From Octopus vulgaris (taxonomy: Eukaryota), in assembly GCA_951406725.2 (NCBI GenBank), contig OX597832.1, positions 63,178,001-63,242,000 on the forward strand: 64,000 nucleotides of DNA. Direction: 5' to 3'. Shown here piece by piece: positions 53,751 to 64,000 of the stretch. The notes beneath the pieces are model-generated. The model searched no databases, had not been told where the DNA came from, and was given only the letters and a program-made list of their open reading frames with translations. A program made the translations under genes and the position numbers. Numbering within the stretch: the stretch's first letter is position 1; each line of letters opens with the position of its first letter.

Positions 53751-55000
53751 TAAGTGAAAAATAAATATATAAGGATGAAAGGCAAAGTCTGCCTCACCAG
53801 AATTTGAACTCAGAATGTAAAGAGAGGCAGACAAAATGCTGCACAGCATTTTGCCCTGTGTGCTAACGATTCTGCCAGCTCACGGCCTTAATTGTTAAGA
53901 AAAAAAATAGCTGTGTAATTAAGAAGCTTGCTTCCCAACCACAGGGATTTAGGCTCAATCCCACTGTACAGCACTTAGAGAAAATGTCTTTCTACAATTG
54001 CTTCAGGTGAGCTAAAGCTTGGTGCATGGATTTGGTAGATAGAAACTGAAAGAAGCCCCCCCACACAAATGTGTGTGTGTGTGTGTATGTGTATGTTCTT
54101 GTTTCAACCTCACATAACAGTTATAAGCAACTGTCAATGCCATTCAAATGGTGTCCTTCGTTTTCAACATCCTGTGAAAATATGTGCAACCATGCGGAAA
54201 TATAACCTTGCTTGGAAACAGATAAGAGTTGGCGACAACTATTTGGAAAAGAAAACCTGTCTCTGCAAATTCTGTATGAGTCACTCGAGCAAGAAAAGGT
54301 GAAAGTAAAAACAACAACCGTGATGATGATGATGATGATGATGACCTTTAATATTTTTTACTTGTTTCAGTCATTAGATTATGGCCATGCTGGGGCAATG
54401 TCTCAAAGAATCTTTAGATGAATGAATCAACCCCAGTACTTATTTTTTTAAAGCCTGCTACTTCTTCTATTGGTCCCTTTTTGCTGAACTGCTAAGTTAC
54501 AGGGACATAAACACACCAATACTGGTTGTGAAGTGGTGGAGGGGGGACAAACACAGACATGCAGACACATACATACACACATATTTTTCTACTCTAGGCA
54601 CAAGGCCCGAAATTTTGGGGGAGGGAGCCAGTTGATTAGATCAACCCCAGTATGCAACTGGTACTTAATTTATTGACCCCAAAAGGATGAAAGGCAAAGT
54701 TAACCTCAGCGGAATATATATATATACACACACACACACACATATATATGATGGGCTTCTTTCAGTTTCCATCTATCAAATTCACTCACAAGGCTATAGT
54801 AGAACACATTTGCCTAAGGTGCAATACAGTGGGACTGAACCCGGAACCATGTGGTTGGGAAGCAAGATTCTTACTCCACACCCATGTTTGTTTTTAAAAT
54901 AGTTATTGTTGTTGTTGTTGTGTTTTTCTTTTTTACCTTAGTTTTGTGAAATAATAATCAATTTCTCCGTAAAATAATTTTTTGGTATTTTTAAAACTAG

Positions 55001-55156
55001 ACAAAATGCAAGTTAGCCATCCTGGATCAAAGCGTCAATTTGAATGATGTCAAGGTTGAAGTTAATGGTCCTAATTCTCAGTTACCTGTACAAATGGACT
55101 GGTCAGGACAAACAGCAGAAGTGAAATTCACCCCAGAAGAAATTGGGAAACACAAG
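55001..55156 (+). CDS. Filamin Ig-repeat exon: TKCKLAILDQSVNLNDVKVEVNGPNSQLPVQMDWSGQTAEVKFTPEEIGKHK
   Basis: aaactag| and |gtaata, 156 nt, phase 0/0. VxVxGP...FTPxxxGxH is the filamin repeat pattern. Confidence 0.92.
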
Positions 55157-57205
55157 GTAATATTCTTTTTTTTATTTTATTCTTTTATGTAATACAGTCA
55201 TTTGACAGGCCACGCTGGCGCACCACATTTTGTCAAGCTAATCGACCCCAGGACTTATTCTTTATAAGCCTAGTACATATTCTATCAGTCTTTTTTGCTG
55301 AACCACTAAGTAATGGGGACATAAAGGCACCAGCATCGGTTGTCAAGCGATGTTGGGCAGGGGGACAAACACAAATTCACACACATATACATATATACAA
55401 TGGGATTCTTTCAGTTTCCATTACCAAACCATTCACAAGTCTTTGGTCAACCTGAGGCTATGGTAGTGAGATTGAACCCGGAGCCATGTCATTGGTAAGC
55501 AAGCTACTTACCCACACAGCCACTTCTGCACCTAAATAATAATGAAAAAAAATTAGCTTTTTGTTCTTGTCTCTATAATGTTCTTCCAAAATAGCATGAA
55601 CACCACCACTTCCTGTATCTTCAGTGAAAGCAAATGTCTGACATATATGTACTTCAGTTGTAATGCTGAAGAAAAGAATTGCCTGGTCATGCTGGAGCAC
55701 TGCATTGGCAGGTTTAGTCGAATAAATTAACCCCAGGACTTTTAGATTTTAAGCCGGGTACTTTATCATTCACTTTAGTGGAACCAGTAATTTACAGGGA
55801 CATAAACCAGCACTGGTTGTCGAGCAGTAGGAAGCACAGACACAAACACACATATATATATATATGCACACACACACACATGCATATATTTATATATGCA
55901 CCCTCACACATGTGCACACATGCATATATATGCGCACACACACATACATATATATATATATGCATACCCACACATATATATGCACACATACACACACATA
56001 TTCACTCACACACACATACATTTACTCACACCCACTTCATTCACTTTCACACACATACTTTCACTTGCATGCACACACACATTCACTCTTACACACTCAT
56101 ACACACACACTCGTGCACACACTCACGGGCACACATACATGTGCAACACTTGGGCACACATGCTCACGGGACGCATGCTCGAGTGCACGGGCACTCATGC
56201 ACACACTTATGCATCATGCTCCATAGCAGCTTTGTCATGCTCTCTATGGCTGGATGCCCTTCATTACACCAACAGCTTTACACTGTGTACTAAGCATTTG
56301 ACAGGCTTCTTTCAGTTTCCGTCAATCAAATCCACTCACAAGGCTTTGGTCAGCCTGAGGTTATAGTAAAAAACACTTGCCCAAGGTACCATGGAATGGG
56401 ATTGAAACCGTCAGCAAAAGTCTTCTACTATAACCCTAGGTTGTTCAATGCTTGGAGAGTGGATTTGATAGACATTCACACAATATAGCATCCAAGATCA
56501 ACGGCTCTGTTTTATCCTTTCACCATGTTTTATTGATTACAAAAATATTGATTTCAAATTTTAGCACCAGGCCAGCAGTTACCTGTTCAACTGGTATGTA
56601 TATCATTGACCCTAAAAAGATGGAAGGCAAAGTTGACCTCATCATAATTTGAACTCAGAATGCAAAGATGAAGAAAATGCTGCTTAGCAGATTCCGCCAG
56701 CTTATTGCCTTCATTTCAAAAATATTGATTACGAAAATATTGGAAGTTCAAATTAACCTAAATGTGATTTCAACCAAAGAATTAAGTTTGTAAATTTTGA
56801 GCTGGTAAATGCCAGATGTGTTACAGCAGTTTATTGCCTGCTTTGGTCCCTTTTGTTAAATTAGTTATCATTTGATCAATAAAACGTTATTAAATATTAA
56901 GTGTAACACAAGGTTAAATCTATAATTTGTTGAATCAGTAACACAGCAACGTGCTAATGACTAAAGAATGATATAAACGCAGCAACACACAAATGACTAA
57001 AGCATGGTATAAACACATATTGAAATTGATGTTGAATGATATTGAATAGATATGAGCAGATATTGAATGGTAAGAAGCTTGCTTCCCAACCACATGGTTC
57101 CAGGTTCAGTCTCACTATGTGGCACATTGGACAAGTGTCTTCTACTATACCTCAAGTCAACCAAAGCCTTGTGTGTGGATTTGGTAGATGGAAACTGAAA
57201 GAAGC

Positions 57206-57274
<69 letters not shown>

Positions 57275-58099
57275 CTGTGTTTATTCTCCCACCATCGCTT
57301 GACCTCTGATGTCGGTATGTTTATGTCCCTATAACTTAGTGGTTCAATCAATAGAATAAGTACTAGGTTTACAAAGAATAAGTCTTGAGGTCGATTTGTT
57401 CGACTAAAGGCGGTGCTCAAGCTAGGTTGCAGTCAAATGACTGAAAAAGAGATTAAAATATGGAATGGATGAGAGTAAATGGCCATGAAAGACATTTGTG
57501 CTCTGATGACATCAAAGAATGGACTGAAAACAAGAGCTTTTGACTGATTGTGGAGTGTTTTGGCAAACTGAACCCCTAAACACAAGGAGGGCGCTTGGCT
57601 GATGGTTGATGAAATGGATATTAGCAGATATTAAATAGATATTGGTAGGTATTAAGCTCTGTGTTTGCTGGGTCTCCCTGAAATAGCAGCCAAATCACCT
57701 TCAAACCATATCCTGCCATATTGAATAAAGATACACTGAACAATGTTGTTCCAGGTACACAAAAAAGACTGTATGGTCATGTCTGGAATGTCTGTTCAAT
57801 CAGGGCTGAGCTAGGGACTAAACTACAATAACAATATGTATCCAGGATCAATGTGTTTAACTCCCCAACAGCTTAGTCCACCTGGCTGTAAACAGGTGCC
57901 ATCACTACAACAATTTGCTATTGTTGTTAACAGAAACACTTTAATTAATTATTACTTTGTCTAAAGATTTGGTGCCGTAATTGAATCCCTTATGATATTG
58001 GTGTACAGCTACCTTCCTTTTACCCTTAGTAATTAAATCTAATCCCATATAATACATAACCACCAATGTTAGATGGGTTTCCAGGCCCTTAATCTATTA

Positions 58100-58320
58100 C
58101 AGTTCTATATTTAAGAGATGAGGAATTATGTACATTATTTACATTTGACAGCTAAATAATAGTCAGAAAACACCACAGGAAAATACGAAAACTAAAAGAA
58201 GCAGCACATATGCTAGGACACAACAACCTCTTAAGCAGACCGAGTGCAGATATGAGTAGCATATGGGAACCAGTATTAAGGAAGGCTAGGAAAATATTAG
58301 ATTTATAAGCCCTAAAATTC
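58100..58320 (+). mobile_element. 5'-truncated Penelope-like element: GIY-YIG C-terminus preceded by an inverted terminal segment
   Basis: 58156-58308 reads IIVRKHHRKIRKLKEAAHMLGHNNLLSRPSADMSSIWEPVLRKARKILDL* (RKxKEA...W.P pattern). About 58129-58150 is the reverse complement of TGTCAAATGTAAATAATGTA seen at ~53064. Confidence 0.7.
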
Positions 58321-58322
58321 AC

Positions 58323-58353
<31 letters not shown>

Positions 58354-58432
58354 TACATATCAGCACTAAATTGAAGCTTCTGTACTTAAAATATTGAGTA
58401 ATTTACTTCTTTGTTCTTTTACCAATTTTTAG

Positions 58433-58561
58433 CTTATTGCCTACAATAGTGGCAGTGTCATCAATGGATGTCCCAAGGTTTTCAATGTCATCTCAGACAG
58501 ATCAAAAGTCAGTTATCATCAAATCGAGAACTGTTGTACTGGAATAGTGACTGAAATCAAG
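58433..58561 (+). CDS. Filamin Ig-repeat exon: LIAYNSGSVINGCPKVFNVISDRSKVSYHQIENCCTGIVTEIK
   Basis: atttttag| and |gtacgt, 129 nt, phase 0/0. GxxIxGCP corresponds to the GxxIxGSPF repeat terminus. Confidence 0.9.
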
Positions 58562-58658
58562 GTACGTAAATATGCTTTTTGAATTTGACTACTTTTTATA
58601 ATGTTTTTACATATGCTTTTCCTTAATTTTTGTTTTTGTATTTCTTCCTCTATGTCAG

Positions 58659-58788
58659 GTCAATGCCGTGTCTGCTGGTCAGGGTAACCTGAAGGTTATA
58701 GCCAAATCTCCCACTAACCAACTGAGTTATCCAAGCATCACGTCAAATAAAGGAATGCACACTGCCAACTTTATACCAACGGAAGTCG
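58659..58788 (+). CDS. Filamin Ig-repeat exon: VNAVSAGQGNLKVIAKSPTNQLSYPSITSNKGMHTANFIPTEV(G)
   Basis: atgtcag| and |gtatgt, after a 97-nt intron. AGxGxLxV..SP...FxPxEVG is the filamin repeat pattern. Confidence 0.92.
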
Positions 58789-59388
58789 GTATGTAGCTTA
58801 TGCCTTTGTTTAACACTTTTTATATCCATAATACCTGAGACTGCTTCTTGCTTGAAGAAGCCTAGAAAACACAATAACAGCTAAAATATATTTACATTAA
58901 ATCATGTACTTAGATATGTTTTGGCCAGCATTGGCCCAGGTTACATCTAAATTTTGAGCACCACCTGCAAAATGATATTTCACATTACAGGCATTCTTTG
59001 GGCACCATAACCTATTCAAGCAAAGAGTTACTGTTTGCAGAGATATATCTGAATGTAAGTGGTTTATCAAGAATTTGTCAGAAATATTCGTCCAGGAAAC
59101 ATCTGAATGTTATGAGATGTTTTTTCTTCTCTTATGTGTCTTGGCATGATGTTAAAGAGAGGAGGATGTGTCCAGGTGAAATAGTGCTGTCTCTGTGTTG
59201 TGATGTGATGCAATCATAATTTTTGTAGAGGACGTATAGCATGAGGACCAAGCTTTGGGTGAATTTTAAAGTTGATGCCAACATCATTTGGCCTCAAATG
59301 TTGATGGAATATTTTCTATGTCATACAAATGCTACAGTGCTCATGGCAGCATTGGAGGAAGTCAAGTTTTAGTTTCTCATATATATTT

Positions 59389-59430
<42 letters not shown>

Positions 59431-60307
59431 CTTGTCTTTAGCTGCAAAAACTAGTGACATCTGACAGGTTTCATTTTTTATTGAAGTTTCATCAGTAAAA
59501 TGTAGCCGTTCTATAACTTGCTAATCTATGAACAAACAACTCGCTAAATAAGTATACTATACTTGTTCCCACAAGATTGAACCTGTACCAATGTAATAAT
59601 CACGCTTTCTTCATCCAATAATCTACTGTCTTCAGTAAACTCCTTCAGCAATGATGAAGAATTTTAATTCTTATTTCTTCTGTGTCTTCTCTGGTTGTGC
59701 AGCTTTTGCGTATTCTAGTGACTCTCCATCACCATCCAATTCCATCATTATGAATTTCAATTGGGAGCTTGAATCTTAGTGGATCTTTCATCATCCAATT
59801 ACACAATCATGGACGCTGCTCCCCTTGTGGACGAATTGTAGTTACTCTTTTTATAGAACTTCATGATCCTGACCATTAATCTTCTAGGATTCCTCCTCCC
59901 AGCATCAATTTAAGAAACACTGTTGGCTCACTTGAGCTCTTCTCCTACTTTTTCACAATCCACCATGCTGCAGTCCCATGACTTAATCGTATCCTTGGCA
60001 GGGTGGTTGAACAGGTGCTGTACCCAACCAAGGGGCAACCTGTCGCTATTCAACTTTATTCAATGAAAATTTTAATTTTATTGTATTCAAGATGTTTACA
60101 AAAATGGGATTGTGTGCGAGTAGTGATAGAAAGACAGTATTTAAACTTCAAATTGAAATTTATAAATAAAAAACTAAAATATAAATTTAGAACATAATTT
60201 GCATTTTTTTTCTTTTTATAATAAAAAGAAATAAGCTTATTGCCACCACGACCGATATCCAAACTACAGTGGAGAAGGATAGCCACTGGATTTGGTTAAA
60301 AAGAGAC

Positions 60308-60984
60308 GGATCTTTTCCTTTTGAACGACAGTTTTCAACACAATTTCTAGTTAACTAAACACTTTTAAACTTCGTATACTGGTAGAATGTGTCAAAATAA
60401 AACATTTTTTTCTCTTGGCTTTCTTGAGAAAATTGTAATTTGTAAGTTTAACGTAGTTTAATTTTTCGAATTTTAACCAATCGATGGCCTCTATTGAGCT
60501 AAAATCATTTGCTGCGTCTAAAACTGAGACAACATCCTGTCACTAACTCTAACCCTAAATTTTAGCCTTTCGTTTGTTTTTTTTCTTAATTGTTACGCGT
60601 GTGTCTAAAATTATTCGTTTTGTTTTTGTCTTGAGCTTTTGCTTTCGTTTTTTTTTTCTTAATTGTTAAATTAGTTTAAGGATAACAATTAAGAAAAAAA
60701 AACTGAAAGGCTAAAATTTAGGGTTAGTGTTAGGGCAAAGGTTAGGGTGAGAGACAGGATGTTGTCTCAGTTTTAGATGCAGCAAATGATTTTAGCTCAA
60801 TAGAGGCCATCGATTGGTTAAAATTCGAAAAATTAAACTACGTTAAACTTACAAATTACAATTTTCTCAAGAAAGCCAAGAGAAAAATGTTTTATTTTGA
60901 CACATTCTACCAGTATACGAAGTTTAAAAGTGTTTAGTTAACAAGAAATTGTGTTGAAATCTGTCGTTCAAAAGAAAAAGATCC
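60308..60984. mobile_element. Fold-back DNA transposon with GGATC termini (Merlin- or Mutator-like), most complete copy
   Basis: ~250 bp near-perfect inverted arms starting GGATCTTTTCCTTTTGAACG, with an 8-bp TSD AAAGAGAC (60300-60307 / 60985-60992). Confidence 0.88.
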
Positions 60985-61684
60985 AAAGAGACGATGAATG
61001 AAGGCTAGAAAAATATTGAGCTATATTTAATAACCAGTTCATCTCCCTCATATCAGTGAGGGAGGCCGGTGCGCAATGATGCCGTCAAGTGGTAGGTCCC
61101 GAAGTGGCGCGCATTCTCTCCTGATGACTCCATTCACTTGCTAGGTTCCGGTATGCGGAGTTCTCGACTGGTAACACTTGCATGCGTAAGTTGTTTGCAA
61201 GATATCTATACCTATATTTCAAATTTTGATTTCACTTAATTATTTTGAGAAATGTTTCGATTTAAGAAAGAGATCGAATTTACAAAGAAAATAAAATTGA
61301 AATCGAAAAATAGGAAGAAAAAAAAAATCTTTTGCAAGGGAAATTATTCTAAGCTCTATCTTCTGAAGTTATCTCCCTTACATAAAATCTTGCGATTCAT
61401 ATCAGCAACGGGCGTATTCTTCTATAAAACAGGTTTTGATAAAAGAAACGTCAATGGTACTAACATTCATTATATCCTCTTCTCCACAGATACAGGTCCT
61501 AGAGACAACTTTAGAAATCATTTGGCAAAATCGTTAGAATGTCGAAAAGATTGATCTGGCTTTTTACGTTCGAATCCTGCCAAGTGAACTTAACCTTTCA
61601 TTGATGTAATCGCCGAAACTATCCACTAAAACTACAGGCTTTATGCTAAAACTTGAATCCTTTAATATTATTGTTAATAATAAT

Positions 61685-61899
61685 AATCCTTTCTACTATA
61701 GGCACAAGACCTGCAAGTTAGGGGGAGGGGATAAATCGGTTACACCGACCCCAGTGCTCAACTGGTACTTATTTTATCGACCCCAAAAGGACGAAAGGCA
61801 AAGATGACTTTAGCAGAATTTGAACTCAGAGCGTAAGCACGGACGAAATACTGCAAAGAATTTTGCCCAGCATGGTAATGATTCTGCCAGCTCGCCACC

Positions 61900-61940
<41 letters not shown>

Positions 61941-62996
61941 CCTTTTTACTGGAAGCACAAGGCCTGAAATTTGGGGGAAGGGATTAAGTTGATTACATCG
62001 ACCCCAATGCACGACTGATATTTATTTAATCGACCCCAAAAGGATGAAAGGCAAAGTCAACTTCAGTAGTATTTGAACTCAGAACATTTTGGCAGACAAA
62101 ATACTGCTAAGCATTTTGCCTGGCATGCTAACAAGTCTGCCAGCATGCCACTTTAATGATGATGATAATAACGCTTTTTTTTTTTTGCATCACTAAGGGT
62201 TCAGAAAAAATATTCCATGCAGTACAGGGCAACAGGGTGTGGGTTTACATAAGTAAAACCGAATAAAAAGTAAAAATGATGAGAATATAAATAATAATTA
62301 TTTCTACTAAAGGCACAAGGCCTGAAATTTTGCATGAAGCGGGCTAGTTGATTATACCTATCCCAGTGTTCAACTGGTCCTTATTTTATTGATCCTGGAA
62401 GGATGAAAGGCAAAGTTGACCCCAGTGAAATTTGAACTCACAGGGTAAGGACACACAAAATACCACTAAGCATTTTTTGATTAGCGTTCTAATGACTCTG
62501 CCAGTTCAGCATACGGCCAGGAGTCTTAAAGGGAGAGGAAAGTTGATTACATCGACCCCAGTATATAACTGGTACTTACTTCATCAAGCTCTGGAAAGAT
62601 GAAAAGCAAAGTCAACCTCAGCAGTATTTGAACTCGGGACAGACAAGACGGACCAAATGCCACTGAGAATTTTTCCTAGCATGCTAACGATTCTGCCAGC
62701 TTTTGACCTTAATGATGATAACAACAACAATGTCACATCGCAGAAACTGGATCAATGAATTCATTGCCAGTCAATAAATTCCCTGAATTCCTCATGCACC
62801 ACCACCATCACTCACCTCCACCCTAAATCATAGACTGTGTGTGTGTGTGTGTAAGGTGAAAGTCACAAAGAGTTTTTCTATGCAGCATATTAAAAAGTTT
62901 TGTATATGACATATAAAGACATATTATTCTATCAAATAAAACAGTAAACAGGAAGATATCTATAAATCATCAGTTAATCATAACTGCAAAACAAAA

Positions 62997-63038
<42 letters not shown>

Positions 63039-63240
63039 CTTTATTGCCCACAGGTGGCTAAACACAGAGGAGACAAACAAAGGGATTAAGTCGATTACAT
63101 CGACTCAAGAGCGTAACTGGTACTTATTTAATCGACCCTGAAAGCATGAAAGGCAAAGTTGACCTAGGTGGAATTTAAACTCGGAACGAAATACTATTAA
63201 ACATTTCACCCAGCGTGCTAACAATTCTTCCAGCTCACCT
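61685..63240 (-). mobile_element. Cluster of five co-oriented SINE family B copies, several separated by (TAA)n
   Basis: GGATGAAAGGCAAAGTCGACC-type cores at ~61790, 62042, 62401, 62598 and 63145. Confidence 0.8.
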
Positions 63241-63708
63241 TATATATATATATATATGCTGGCATGGGTTGGACAGTTTGACAAGAATTGACAAGCCAGA
63301 GGGCAGCACCAGGCTCTGATTGTCTGTTTTTGAATGGTTTCTACAGCTGGATGCCCTTCCTAATGCCAACCACTTTACAGAGTGAACTGGATGCTTTTTA
63401 TGTGGCATCAGCATGGGTGCTTTTATACACACATACAGAGAGAGAGAAATAGGTAGTTAGACAGGTGCATAAAGGTAGAGATCAATAGATCGATAGCACT
63501 ACATATATGTACATACATATACACACACACACACACAGATACATACGTGTGTGTGTGTGTGTATACAGTTTAGGCGTTGCAAGACTAACAATCTGGTGTA
63601 GAACTCAATACACATGCACTTCTGAATGAAGCATTAGTAGAGTAGAGAATAACAATAGTAATAAGAAGAGATAACAAAAGAATAACTGATTATCTTATGA
63701 ACTTTATT

Positions 63709-63780
63709 AGCTTACAGATGTTTCCACTGTAAGATGTGGTGGACTCAGAGTTGGATGCCTGAGTAAGCTTCATCACAGCC
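63709..63780 (-). ncRNA. Degenerate hammerhead-like motif
   Basis: Minus strand reads GCT GTGATGA AG...GAAA CATCTG TA AGC followed by AATAAA. Stem III is near-palindromic and stem II is poorly defined. Confidence 0.3.
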
Positions 63781-64000
63781 TCAAACATGAAGTGCAATTT
63801 ATTTGAGAAAACAAATATATTTAAGCAAACATTGGTAATGCAGCCAGCAGTGTATATCAACATGATGAATGGATGGATGGATGGATGATATGGAAAATGT
63901 GTGATAAACTCTAGATGCAGTTTACATCATAAATCACCTGTAACAGTCATACATTGTGTATAACTGTATACACAGGAAATACTATAGACACACATCTATG

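Noticed and set aside
58991-61554. Candidate next filamin exons after ttacag (58990) and ccacag (~61489)
   Set aside because: The first hits a stop within 7 codons in the required phase, and the second gives no filamin-like peptide.

Overview
AT-rich, microsatellite-saturated animal genomic DNA. The SINE sequences and (TA)n/(CA)n density look like Octopus or another coleoid cephalopod (inference). The only host gene I can support is a + strand filamin of the three-calponin-homology-domain type (jitterbug/FLN-2-like). Eight GT-AG exons between 39906 and 58788 splice in phase into a 391-codon open frame covering the end of CH1, CH2, CH3 and the first filamin Ig repeats. No 5' exon is visible in the first 39.9 kb and no further 3' exon is visible. 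The rest is repeats: dozens of tRNA-derived SINEs (at least 4-5 families), a deleted mariner, hAT and Tc1-like MITEs, a GGATC-ended fold-back transposon family, a non-autonomous Helitron, and Dong/R4, RTE, CR1/L2 and Penelope fragments. The most notable signal is a set of hammerhead-ribozyme-like motifs from about five unrelated short elements (12177, 22451, 27056/27421, 32855, 34821, 52986, 63709). Most sit in (TA)n tracts and one sits in a long inverted repeat, consistent with Penelope pseudo-LTRs or retrozymes. Nearly all six-frame ORFs are microsatellite or SINE artefacts. Repeat coordinates are approximate; exon and motif coordinates were counted by hand.
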